From contig OU015568.1 of the NCBI GenBank assembly GCA_907165135.1, positions 3,100,001-3,164,000 of the forward strand: DNA of 64,000 nt, given 5' to 3'. Shown here one piece after another: positions 10,125-23,001 of the stretch. The notes under the pieces are model-generated. The model was given only the letters and a program-made list of their open reading frames with translations. It was not told where the DNA came from and did no database searches. Made by a program: the position numbers and the translations under genes. Origin of the DNA: Oikopleura dioica (lineage: Eukaryota > Animalia > Chordata). The first letter of the stretch is position 1; every line of letters begins with the position of its first letter.

Positions 10125-12915
10125 TTCTCCAACTGGCAGAGTCGATAAATGCTACTATTATGCTCCAGATTACAACCTGAATCGATTTGAAGAGGCTCAA
10201 GGTTATATTGCCAGTAACCACTTTAACGCAAAAGTTTCTTCAACAAGCTTGAGAGGAGTGTTTTATCTGATTAGTGTTCAACTGGGCGACTTTTTCATAA
10301 AGCTGTCAACAACAGTTTCTTTGAACAGGATTCGAAAAGACGAGCAACTGGAGAAAGGGTGGAGAAAGAAAGAAATTCACTTCCCGACAGAGTTTAGAGA
10401 CCTAGACCCTGTTCATGTCGTCCCTCTGGCAATAGTTGAAAAGATAGTCTTGAAAAAGATTGATCTCTATTCTTTTGAACTTGAAAAAGACCGATCTGGG
10501 AAAACTTCTTTTAATTTTGGTATCAAGAAGTATCCAGCTTTCAAATACTCTGTATTCGTTGTTGCTGGAGGCAGAAGGAAAATTTCTGGTTCTCGGTCGC
10601 GAGTGGATCGGCTCTCTGATCGAATACGACCAACAATCAATCTGTTATTCAGAACTATTTGCCTCGGACGATCCTCACTATACGGATCAAGTTGCAGTCA
10701 ACAACGACGAATGCGAGTACTTTGGAAACGGAATCATCCACGACGAGAAAATATTTTTTCAGAATTATGTTTTTGATGTTTTATTCGAAATGGAGTTTAA
10801 TTTTGGGAAGGATTTTCAACTAACATTTGGTGGAATCACATACCTCTATGCTCTCAAGTATAGACCAGCAAAATATTGATTTGAAATAAATCCACTTAAG
10901 AACGTATAGAGCTCGAATTTGTCCAACAAAATGCTCAACAGAAAATGCACGTGACGAGCAATCCCTTCTTCGCATTCCACGATGATGTCTTTCCTGCTTT
11001 CGCGAAGAATGCTGTCTCTCAGGAAGAATTTCCAGGCGTCTTTTACAAGAAAACATTTGTCCCTGACTATCCTTTTTCCTCGCTCAAAGAATTGACCCAC
11101 ATCTCAACCATTGAAATGAAATTTGATGGCACTGATAAATTTGTGTTCGAAATCAACGTGACCGAAGCTTTTGGCGAGGCTATGGAAATTCTTGAGTGCA
11201 AATTTTTTGATGCAACAACTTTGCTCCTTTTTGGGATATATGAAAATGGCTCATTTTGGGTGACATCTGATTATTTTGAAGAACGCTTGTCCTTTCAGAC
11301 GAATGGATTAGAATCAACAGATCTTGCATTTAATTTTAATTCAACATCATTGAACTCGTCAAATTTCGAAGTTTTTGAGGAAAAGTTTAATATGAAGATA
11401 TTTTTTATTAAATTATGTCATTTATTATTATATTTCATATTTATTTCTTGTTCTAATTAAAGCTCGAAAAAGAATCGCATTCCAAAAATCAAAAGTGATA
11501 AGAAAATAAAATTTTCTGCACTTGAAAATGTCGAAAACAAAAAGGTTCGCATTTCGAAGTTGGACAGCGTTACAAAAATACGAAATTTTGTTGGCATACA
11601 ACACGCATCCCAAATAAATATTTTATTGCCTTATCCTTCGTGCGCTGTTAAACCCTACGCTTTGATGCCCGATGGGTCGAGAATCAACAATGTTTTCTTC
11701 AAGACTCCTGCCGATTACTACAACGGATGCCTTGCAGAATACGTTGAGGATTCAAGACATGCATTGGTCAATGGGCGACTTTATATTTTTGGAGGAGTGT
11801 ATAAAAAAACTACCAGAGTAACAAAGATTTTAAAAAATGAATATTTCTTATTACATTGTAAATAGATTGCGCGATTAGATGGCTGCCAATTCACAGAATT
11901 GAGCACCCGTCTTTATCTTAATTATTACTTCGGCCATTCGGCTATATCTTCCGTACAAGGAAACGAAGGTTAGTAAAAATTATGAACAAAAATGTACATT
12001 GTGATATTGATTATTGTGACCGGATATACTCCGTTCGCCGGGCTTTGAGCCAAACAGTCCCGGCGAACCGAGGGTGAGGGGAAAATCCCGGCGAACCAAA
12101 GGTCATTCATTGTGACCGATGCCAATTTTATTCTTTTAGCGATCATTTGCTTCGATGGTTCAACTCGCAGATTTTGTGAGGTCTTTAATGAAGAGGGAAT
12201 TACAAAGGCTTTAATTACAAATATAAAACACCAACATGGTGAATTGGGACTCTACAACGGTCATGTGATCGCAATCGGAGGACAAGGAGCAAACGGACAA
12301 GTCGAGAAGTTGTCTGGAGATACATGGACAATTATGCCGAGCTTGAATCATCCTAGGTAAAAAATTCAAAGTATTCTATATTTCAAAAAATTTAGAAATA
12401 AAATTCAAGGGTTTTCTGCTATCGGGCTTGCAAACGGGAGACTTTTGACAATCGGAGGGGAAGAAAATGGCAGAAAATGGGAACGATACGATGAAATCTG
12501 GCAACTGTTCAACGATAACTGGTCTTTAGTCGGCTCCCTTTCAATAGTAAAATGATCTTTCTTTTTTAACATTTTTTGACATTGAAAAGTTTGGTTGATT
12601 TTATTCTAGGCAGTATCTGTTCCGTCAGCGATTAAATTGGACAACAGCATCTTTGTATTCCCTAGATTTATGACCCAAGACGAGTTTCGTCCGATTCAAA
12701 AAATAAAACTAGTGCAAGGGTCAGAAATGTGTTGATTTTTCAACAATAAAGATAAAATTTTATTCCCCATTTTTCAAATTTTGATCCTTGATAAAGACTC
12801 CGAAGAAAACGTCATTGGAACTCACATTATCGCAGAGCAGGGTTACGAAAAACGTGAAACAATATTTAATCCAATTATTTTTGTTTCACCTGTTGGTCAG
12901 TTTGGAAGCTGTTGA
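10125..12915 (+). CDS. 3' exons of beta-propeller/kelch-like family gene, copy 1
   Basis: From acceptor 10124: SPTGRVDKCYYYAPDYNLNRFEEAQG..., colinear with 48843 onward. Later exons show GRLYIFGG, IARLDGCQFTEL, AIICFDG, LGLYNGHVIAIGG and LLTIGG blade-like motifs. Stop at 12913-12915. Needs GC-AG (10429-10489) and GG-AG (10806-10900) introns. Confidence 0.8.
12013..12118. mobile_element. 86-bp intronic insertion flanked by 10-bp direct repeat
   Basis: ATTGTGACCG at 12013-12022 and 12109-12118. Internal GTTCGCCGGG with two inverted CCCGGCGAAC copies. Confidence 0.55.
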
Positions 12916-13148
12916 CAGTATTGAGAAAAAATCAACTTCGGTATGAACAAATTATGACTCCTTATCGGCAGTAACTCGTTAGTCATCTTCATAAAACTGT
13001 AAATATTTGACCAGTTCGATCTTTTGTCCAGCTAAAAGCTGAAAATAACAAAGACTCACCACTCATTGATTTTTCTCTAGAACTCATTTCAGAAAGAGTT
13101 TTTCCACATTATGCCAATCAGATAAGCGAGAAATTAAATAAGAGAAAG

Positions 13149-14761
13149 ATGAATTGTGGCTGCTGCTTTGGTGGATGTGTCAGGTAGAATCTTCTACTTT
13201 TACGCGTAAAAATTTTCCCCCAAGAGCATTATGCTGCTGCGGCTCAGCTTCATGTCGAGACCAGGACAACATGGGAATCGAGTTTGCAATGAACTACACT
13301 GGGCTTTCAGTTTGCCACGCAGCAATTCTAGAGCTCAACACTCCTCTCGACCGATCAACCATGACCGGCGCCTGGTACAAGACCCTTCAGACTCATCCCT
13401 TTTTACGCGCAAAATGGTGCAGCGGCTTCATCTCCACAGTCAAAGGAAATACAGAGCCAACCTATTTGGACATAACACAGAGCCAAGAAATGGTAGATCA
13501 GCTGATTTTTCACTCGAACAAAGATGCGAAATTCGCGGAACTGACTGTTTGCGAACAAGGATTGACAATTCAAATTCTAGGTAAGATGGACATTGTCCGG
13601 TTTTCTATTTGATTCTAGTGACGATTCCCCATTCCCTCGCAGATGGAACAGCAATGATGATCATTCTCAACGACCTTCTGAAATTCTACGAAAAGCCGCA
13701 TCAATCTGCGATTTTGGACGAGGTCTATCCCGTTCAAGCCGAAAAACTCAAGCCAGAACTGACCAAAGAAGCCCAAAATAACTACAAGGTACTAACAGTA
13801 CTCAAAAAGTCCTCCCACACCGGGAATCGAACCCGGGCCGTCGGAGTGAAAATCCGAAATCCTAACCCCTAGACCATGTGGGACCTGACCCGCTGCGCAA
13901 AGTCTTATCACTCGACCCAGCCTTATTTTAGGAAAAAGTACTCGCCAAGCAGAAAGAATTCAAGAACATCGTTCCTCATCACAAGTTCGAAAAGCGAAAT
14001 CCCGAGCAGACAAATGTAACGATCGGAAAAGGAACTCCAGAAGGCAGCAAAAAGCTTCTTCATTTTTGTCGAAAGAATGGAATCACGATTGGCACTTTTT
14101 GATGGCCGCGTTCAATTTTGTCAACTCTCGAGTCATTGTAAGTCGATTTTTTCTTTCGTCGTTGATTTTTCTTTCTAGCAAAAACTCGGAAACGAGTTGA
14201 AAATGGACATTGACTACAATCTCCGAGATCGGTTTCCTCAGAAGCTTGGGAACACTGTTGTAGCATGCTACATCGGACTCGGAAGCATTAATCCCAAAGC
14301 TGACTTTAGCGAAACGATGGTCGACGTAGCCAAACGAATCAAAAAAGAAATCAACGAGCAACTTGAAAACCAAGAGCCTTTTATGGTTGGAGCGTTTATG
14401 GAGGCAGCACAAATGAAACCCGAAAATAACCATATCGGTAAATTCTTTCTTCTTTATTTTTTAATAAAGATGTTTTCAAGACGGTAGCGTTAACTTTTCC
14501 AATGTCGGAAAATACAAATTCGACACAGAATTCAGCTTCGGCAAAATTCGCGAGCTTTATTGCTCTGGCAACAAGTGGATCAATTCCTACGAGTACGGGC
14601 TGCTCTTCCAGACAACTGATAAACTCTGCGTTACGATCACCCACCCGGACATGAAAGAATACAACGAAACTGCTCAAATCTATCTCCAAGGACTCATCGA
14701 TGTTGCCGAAGCGCCAGAAGTTTATGGAGATATGACGCTGAGACACTTCGCGAACATATAA
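13149..14761 (+). CDS. CoA-dependent acyltransferase (condensation/PapA5-like fold, HxxxDG)
   Basis: Spliced ORF MNCGCCFGGCVR/ALCCCGSASC...HPFLRAKW...IPHSLADGTAMMIILNDLL...FCRKNGITIGTFLMAA...DYNLRDRF...NFSNVGKY, stop at 14759-14761. Canonical GT-AG introns keep the frame. Confidence 0.75.
13812..13883 (-). tRNA. tRNA-Glu(TTC): tRNA-Glu (anticodon TTC), antisense in an intron
   Basis: TCCCACATGGTCTAGGGGTTAGGATTTCGGATTTTCACTCCGACGGCCCGGGTTCGATTCCCGGTGTGGGAG. Paired acceptor stem, anticodon stem TCGGA/TCCGA and T-loop GTTCGATTC. Confidence 0.95.
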
Positions 14762-15296
14762 GAACACGAGGTTTTGTACTTTTCTAGGCGATTTTTATAC
14801 AATTTGAAAAAATATTTATTTAATAAAAATATCTTGAAACAACCTGTTTCTCTCTTGAAAAGATGAGAAAATCAGAAGATTATGTGAAAGTGCAATTTTA
14901 TTGAGTTGATGTACAGAAAGTTAAAATTGTTTGGGCACACCTACAAATCAGCATTTGAGCGGCGAATAACTTGCTTTTTTCATCGAAAATTTGGATCTTT
15001 CGAATTTTTTTTTCTTGATTTTTGAAAATTTTCATTTTGACTTTTTCATCGAATCAAGGCTTATTAAAAAGCAACTGTGAAATGTACAGGGGGAATTTTT
15101 GTTGTTTTTTTTTTGAATTTGCAGTTTTCGTGATTTGGGCTTGATTTGGTCGTCGCGTGGTGGCGCTGTTGTATTGTCGCTTTTTGGTCTTTTTTGTCCG
15201 GTCGAGTTATTGTAAGTTAGTTTTTTAAATATACACAAAAGCAGTACAAAAATTATCTCCGGCGGTGGATATAAAATCATTAAATTAATTAATTAA

Positions 15297-18200
15297 TTAA
15301 TTAATGTAATCAGAGTATCGTCGGCCGAGAAGTTTCATCGTGTAATCGTCCGTGTACCAGCACTAGAAAAAGAGATTATTTTAGTTGACCTTGTATTTTG
15401 GTTGAATTTGTAGTTTGAATGAAAATGGCTTTATAATTGTAAGACGCGTGTTTTGAATAATTACCTGTCCGTTGGAAGTTTCCCGGGTGACCACTGGAAT
15501 GAGCGAGGAGGAAGTGATCAAATTAGCCTGAGCTTGATCCAACGCGATGTTGTTTGAGGCGAACTGACCCAAGAGACCGGTAGCTGAGAGGCTGTTTCCG
15601 TCCTGAAAAAAAACATTCAGAAACATGCTCATTAAAATTGACTATCAAGCTTTTCAACAAACTTAAATATTGTTAACTACCTCGTAGCTGACGAGCTCAA
15701 CACCAACGGAAGAAGCATCAGAAATGAGTCGAATCTGGATCTGATCCTTGTACTGGAGGTAGCAGTCGGAGCCGGTTGATCGCACTTGCCAGTCCTTTAC
15801 CAAAATCATCTAGAAAATCAGTTAGGGTGGAGGAAGAGAGAATCGGTTTTTACCTTGTCAGATTCGAGTCGATAGATGGCGCCGTCAAAGGTTTGCTTGA
15901 GGATTTGACCACCAGCGAGGACGATAATCGTTGTAGATCCGAGTTTCACTCGGACTTGATCAAAGTACAGCTAAATTTTTAGCATGAAAAGGGTTCGAAG
16001 AAGGATTTTCTTCTTACCTGATTGTCTTTGTCGAGCGCAGCCTTTCCAGAAACAGCAATGCCAACAGTATCGTCCTTGAGAATATTGAACTCGCTTCCGG
16101 ATCGTCCACCAATGTCAAAACAAGCGGGGGAGGCGCTGTTTCGAAGGTTGACATTGAACAGGGCTGGGAGACCAGAGACGGAAGCAATCGATGGCTCTGG
16201 AGCGTCCATTTCGATCACATTTTCTTCAGGCGCCTGAAACGAAAATTTGAATATTCTTGAGATCGAGGCGGCTCGCGACGGCGTGTTTTTTAATTAAAGT
16301 GAAGTGTGTACCTGATTCTTCCACCAGAGCTTTCGGTACTCGTACTGGACCACGTGTTGAACTTGCGTCTTGAGGTTGAGGTCGAATTCCTCGAAGGAGT
16401 CGGACGATCGACGGGCGCGATTGCCTGGAAGCGGCTTAGTTACAGACATGGACATGACGGGAGAGAGGTAAGCGGAAACGTGCTCGTTGCCAGAGGAAAT
16501 AGCAATCAGCTTTCGAGTCACTGAAAGTTAGTTAGATTACCGTAAAAGAGGATATCTTTCTACCTTCATTGAAGTCCTCAGCAGTGTGAGCAATGTGTCT
16601 CTCGCGAATAAGCTGCTTAATGACCTGGAGTCGGTAAATTCTCTCAGCCAGATTCAAATTGACGTTCTTCTCATCCTTTCGGCCGGCGAATTTGAGGTTG
16701 ACAGGGCTCATGATCTCGTTGACCTGAAAAATACGATTATACATAATGCCGCTAATTTTCACGAAAAAAGTGTGAAAATTCAAGAGATTGAAAAAAGTGT
16801 CATACGATGTATTTTTGCTCGATGATTCGCTCCTCGCCGTTCGGGTCGATGATTTTCAAGTCGTTGGAGACGGTTTTGAATGTGCCGAGGACCTTCTCTT
16901 TGATTTTGCCGGCGAAGGTGAATTCCTGGCCGTTGCCGAGCTGGGATTGGTCGATGGAATCGTATGTGGTCTCGTTGGAGTCAAGGAAGTCATCAGAGTA
17001 CATGAACTGGACGGATTTCATTGTTCGTCGGGCGTCGGTGAATTTCATGACCTAAAATAATAGCTCGAAAATTGCTCAAATTTCATCAGTTTTTACCTCA
17101 TCGAAGAATCCTTGCATCTGGAAAGCAGCGTTGGTGTCTTCAAAGATCTGTCGGGCGATACCAGAGTTCAAAACGGACAAGCGAGAAAGGAAGCTGTAGC
17201 TGATTCCAGCGCCAAATCCGATTACATTGAACGCGATGTTGGCATTTCCTTGCTGTCGGGATTTGGTGACATCCGAAAGGATTCGCGACTCTTCAGTGAC
17301 TCCCACAGTTGGGGTTCCGTCGGTCATAAATAGGATCATGCATGGGACAGTTGAGGAGGATTCGGAGTTGCAGAGCTCGATGGCATCAAGAAGAGCGGCG
17401 TGCATGTTGGTTCCGCCACCGGCAGAGATTCTAGAGATAAATGATCGGGCTTCTTCGACGTTGTAGTTGGTAGCTCGGACGAGTTTGTTTCTCCAAGCGG
17501 TAGTGGCATAGTTGAAACCGACGATGGAGAATTTTGCGTTTCGATCGAGGGAAGAGATCATGGATCGGAAGGCTTCTTTGGTCTGATCTAATTTCGTGCC
17601 AATCATGGAACCGGATTTGTCCATGACAAAGACAACATTGTAAGGAGCAGTGGAGCTTGACTGAGCGTTTGACTTGAGCATGATCTTTGGTGGAAGACAG
17701 GTCTGGACAAAGAAATTATTCTGGATCATAGCATCACAAGCTTTTTCGTGGTTTGTATCGTAGACGAGCATAAGTCGGCCAGTAATACCGTCTTGGCTGA
17801 AGCTGTGTTGATCCTCCTCGCTTGGGGCGTATTTGACTTCTGCGAATTCATCTCCCTTTTCCCATTTGATTTCAGCATCAGAACCTGGTCGGAATGACTC
17901 AGAACCAGATTGGAGTGGGAAAGCTCGGATCCACTTAATTCCGCCCATGTCGCTGACTTGAATCGATGTGCTCATGTCTGGAACGATTTGGGAGGGGGCG
18001 AGGCTGACCCAGTGCTGGTATCGGTCCTGAGATCGCTCGAGAAGCTCTTCGTAGGTGAGTTCAAAGGTGACGTTGTCCCAGGAGTCAATGTTCATTTTGA
18101 TTTCATATCGGTGAGCGTCTCGTTGGAGAATCTGGGGAGCGCTGAGTCCGTGGAGATTACCGCCGGGGCTGTGGCCCTTAATCATTTCACTTGGGTGGGG

Positions 18201-20593
18201 GTTGATAGTGATTTTAGACTTGTTATCAGTTGGTTTCTTCTCAACAGCCTTGGCGGGGTAGATTTCAGAGTCAAAGACTTCTTCGCCAATGAACAATCGG
18301 AGACCGGTGATGAGTGCGTTTGGTGGGACAAGAGCGTCAAAGACAGCTTCTCGTGGCTCTGGGTGATCGTTTCGGATGTTTGACTTGATGGAAGTAGTGG
18401 CGAACTTGTTGTTGATCTGAGTATCGATATGCAGAGACTCGATTGTGGGCTTGGCTCGTTGTCCAGCGGCGACGTCGAAAGTGATCGAACCAAGGAGGAC
18501 CTTCTGCTCTTCTGCGGTTGCGGTAAATGTGACGGACGAGATCTTGCCTTGTTCAGTGTTCGCTGGCGGTCGGATAGTCACGACAACATCAGTGTAGTAG
18601 GTCTTGGAGGTTTTAGAAGGTGAAATATTGACGATCCAATCTTCGAAATCATTAGCAGCAAGGTCGATTTCTCGGTAAGCGTTTGTAACTCGGACTGTGA
18701 CAGTAGAATCGACGCCTGGAAGGAAGTCGGTCTTTTCAAGCTCAGTGAGGAGGAGAATTTTGGATGGGAAGATCACGTGTGTTCGGAGAACTGGGAATCC
18801 AGATTGATCAATTCCTTCGATTTTAGCCATTTGGAAAGTCTTTTGTTCGAGTGATTCGCTCTCAAGAGGCATCGGGAAGGCGGAAACGAGTGATTCGACG
18901 AGGTAAAGTGGGGAAACTCGATCATCGGAGATTTTATCTTCATCCTTGAACTGGACGGATTGAAGTTCTACATTTTCAACACCGAGAGAATGGACCAACA
19001 AAAATTTAGATTCTTCATCAGCGTTGAGGGATCCCTTAGGGTTGAGGCCGAATGGAGACGTAGACTTGAATTCGCCGTTGGTGTTGGCAAAGGTGAAGAA
19101 AAAGTCTACAGGGGATTGACCACGGACCTCGATGTAGAAATCGGTATCGCATTTGACCTGAGCTTGCCAGTTGCCGGGCTCGACGTTCTTGATGGAATAC
19201 AAGTAGTGTTCTCGGGTGGCGACGAGGGTTTCGATGTCTCTCTGTGGACGATATCGGGGGTTGTAGATCATGAGTGACTGGAGGCTTGGGCAGAAGACTT
19301 CAAAGATGAGCTCGGACATGGTGGAATCGACTGGAATATCAACGATGGAGTTGCCTCGGCCAGTGACGGGAATTCGCTGGTTTCGAACGATTGTGACCTG
19401 ATCTGGCTGGAATCGAGACTCGATGACGGGGATGAGATCGGAAGCCTGTCGTCGGGGAGTTTCGTACATCATACCGCCAGTAGAAAGGGCAAGGGTGTTG
19501 TACATGATCTTCGAAACATCAGTCACGTATTTTGGATCGAGAAGGACGACGTTGATAAGAATATTCTTGTTTTGGGCGTTTCCAGCGATGATGTTGACAA
19601 GTCGTGGGTTGTCGACGGGGAATTCGGCGCCAGTCACGAGGAAAAGAACAGTACCAGGGGTGGTGTCCTTGAGAATAGATTTGTAAAGGAGATTGAGATC
19701 GATTTCTTGGTTGTCTTCTCCGACGATCAAGGCGGAGTTGGGAGCACCGTTGGTCAGGGACATGTAGACCGCGGAAGGCTTGTCGAGCATGATTCGAAGG
19801 TGATCAGCGGATGAACCGTCACCAGCGTTGCCGGATTTCTTCAAATTCATGATGTCATCTTCCGATTCAAGAGTGACAACTGGCTTGTAGGTGTTTTTCA
19901 AGTAAAGCAAGTCAGCGTACTGGATCGATCCGACGATGTTGCGGACTTTGTAAAGAGTGGTTTCCATATCTTCGATTGCGGCCTTTCTATCCTCCATGGT
20001 CAAGCAATGTCCACCATCGTGGAGGTGTTCCCGGTAGATGTGAGAAAGGAGATTTCCGAGCTTTCGTCGGGCCTCGTGATTCATGTGATCCTTCTTGGCG
20101 AGATTGGTGAGACCAACAATGGCGTTGTATCGGCTGAAATTTTACGGTGAGTGGCGAGACAAGAAAAAGCGAATTGGAAATTTATTTTAATCTCAAGTGG
20201 ATAGCACCGTTGCACTCTCGAGAGTGGAATAGAACTTTCCTCCTTTTGCGCGAAGTATCTATTTTTAGAGGTCATCTCTTACCTTGGAGGGGCCTCGTCT
20301 GATGGAGTTGCCCAGCCGGCGGCGAGGATTTCGTAGAAGGCAGAGTGGAACATCTTGGTCGAAATGCTCAAGGGGCAGTACTTGCGCACGGTGGTCAATG
20401 GATCGGTGATTTCAATGTCTTCATTTGTATGTCGCTCGGCAGCAGCATCAACGTCGATGCAGTGAGTAAACACGCTGCGAGCAATTGCATTTGAAGCGAC
20501 ATCTGTGAAGGAGTTGATGCACGGCTCGGGATTTGTGGAGCGAACAAGTGTCGGGCTCAGGAAGAGGCCCACTGCGGTAATGAACCGCAGCAT
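15297..20593 (-). CDS. Secreted VWA7/hemicentin-N-like plus inter-alpha-trypsin inhibitor heavy chain (VIT-VWA-ITI_HC_C) fusion protein
   Basis: Signal peptide MLRFITAVGLFLSPTLVRS. VWA7-like helical domain (ARRKLGNLL), degenerate VWA (YNTLALSTGG) and beta-sandwich. VIT (INNKFATTSI...EAVFDALVPPNALITGL...FELTYEELL), MIDAS DKSGSM, GGGTNMHAAL, FMTDGTPTVG, AERIYRLQVIKQL, TGLLGQF and C-terminal CWY...YSDYIN*. Confidence 0.8.
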
Positions 20594-21996
20594 GTTTAGC
20601 GAGCTTCTCTGACCTGGAAAATGATGATTAGCGAGAGTTAAAATATTAGAGCGAGGGAGAAGGTCAGCGACAGTGTTAAAAAGGATGAAGCGGCCTTTAG
20701 AAATTATAATCAGATGACTATCGGGGTGATATCGGGAAGGGCACACTTCCGCCGTATTTGAAGATAGCGGGAGTTTGTGCTCGAGGTAGTATGAGTACGT
20801 ATTATGGTGTTTAAATTTGCGGGCAACGCTGGGGAGCAGGTACAAGCTGGACGAATATGCAAAGTAAAATATACACGCGCAGATTTTCTCGGCCTCGAAA
20901 CGACTGGATTATCCCCGGAACTCGCGAAATTACGCAAAAGGAATCGTTTATTTGCTCGCCTAAGGAAAATTCTTTCTTATTGAAATTCTGAAATTGCTTC
21001 AAAAATTGACCCAAAAAGTGTGAAGCGCAGGAAAAGTCAACGACGACTTATCAAAAAGTAAATCGGGCCAAGCTCGATGCCCCGTTGAGTAAAAATGGCA
21101 GCTCAAAGAGCACGACTGCTGAATGGAAAAGTGCATATCTAGGGTTTGTCTAGCGAAAATTTGAATTCTCGGCGCCGCTTTCTAAAAAATATTCGCGCCG
21201 CGCGAACTTTCACGAATTCAGGTTCACACTTATTGAATTACTGTTTATTCTACAGTCTTCACAACAGTTCCAGAGTACTGTTGATCCACGTAGGGATTGT
21301 CCATCTGCGAGTCCAAATTACCCAGGCGAGGAGATGATCAAGCCTGCTGCAAAGCGCTCCGCAAATGCTACACACACTGACCATGGTGGACCCCCGCTGG
21401 TGGCTATTTATTGCTAATTTGACTTTTGCGGCCGTAATTTGTATGACTGAGAGCGCGCGGAATTTTTACCCCGGCTATCATACACGCACAACGCGCCATT
21501 TACGAGAAATTTCGGCCTAATACTCGCCAAGAGAAAAGTCAACTAGGGGACTTCTAAAATTGATGGTAGCGAAAATGTAATGTAGAAAAGATGTTGGTTT
21601 TTGGAGATGCAAGATTGATAGACTACCAAAATAGAAAAAGAGGTTTATCATTTTATGAGGTTTCTCTTTTAAGGTTTTCAATTAAAAAAAAAACAAAAGT
21701 TTATCTTCAAATATAAAATATAAGGCGCTAAAAAAGAGATATGAAGCCTTAATAATTAACTCGATGATAAGTTAAATATTTTTTTTTTCTAAAATTAAGG
21801 TTCTTCATTGTTGATATAGAGGAAGGAGATTTGTTGAATTATTATCTTTTACCTTTTGTTCAAGAAGCAGGTTCTTCGTTAATGTTTTGGATTGATTGAA
21901 AGTTCCCTGAAAGAAACAGTTAGAAATTGAAATTTAATTTTTGAGGTGCCGTCGAATTGATTGGATAAATCAGAAAACTCAGAATTTTAAAAATAA

Positions 21997-22882
21997 GACT
22001 TTCCATTAATCCTTTTTGCATGAAAAATTTTGGGTGGCTCAAGCTCTCGGCATAATAAATGGAATCAATTTGAAATTCTAGCGCTTAGAGAAACTTTCGA
22101 TTTATAACAAGAAAACTCGGAAAGAGCGGGGCTAAATCCGCGGGAAGGAGAAAATTGTGAACTTTTGATGCGCAAATCGATAACGATGGATGCAATTTGC
22201 GGAGTTTTCGTAATCCAGCACGGATTTAAGCTACTGTTCTCTTAATTCCCGACTGGATTTGAACAACCAAATTAAATCACAATACTTCCAAAAAGGCCAA
22301 AATGAACATCCCGGAGGATTTTTTCGCAAAACCAAGAGAAGTTAAATTCAAATCACTTCGCGACAAAAAAGGTGAAGAAAAATCACTCTAAAGAACATTT
22401 TAATACAGTCATTTAGGCGTGATTATATGGTGCTGCCTGTGTCTCTTCGCATTCTTCTATTACGGCACGCGAAAAGTGAGACTCTCATCCCCTTATTACG
22501 ACATTCAAAAAAGTGCTCGCTCGCGTGACACTAATCCTGCCAGTTTGATTCTAAACGTGTTTTTGCTTTTTCTGCTTTTTAAAATTCTTGTAATAATACT
22601 TTACGTACCGCTACATTGCTTTTAAATCAGCCTCCCGGAAATGGCAAGAAAATAATGATTCCAAAACAAACGGTCCAAGAAAGCGGATTATTAAAAAGAG
22701 ATTTTTTCGGAAACAACAAGAAAATCAGAAAATCACAAGTTTATTGTTACAACGGTGATCATGCCATGCGGTGATGGTCAACATAATACAATTTGTATTG
22801 TTATGATTTTTAACCCGCGAGGGTTAGAAGTACAAATCTTGTACAACCAAAGTATTCTTACGATTTTCGCGAGGATTAATCC
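21997..22882. promoter_or_regulatory. Cluster of TAATCC/GGATTA (K50 homeodomain-type) motifs
   Basis: Six exact sites: 22007, 22211, 22532, 22685 and a palindromic GGATTAATCC at 22873-22882 (two sites). Function not shown. Confidence 0.3.
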
Positions 22883-23001
22883 TATGTCAATCCTCTTTGA
22901 CACTTTTTGAACGCAAAAATTATCAATTATCTTTGAACTTTTACAAAAAAGGGGCACATAATTTGCCATTGTTCCCCAACAGGTTAAATTTTCTATCTTA
23001 G

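Noticed and set aside
16022-19814. Numerous plus-strand ORFs opposite the VWA7-ITIH gene
   Set aside because: Antisense shadows of a codon-biased coding region.
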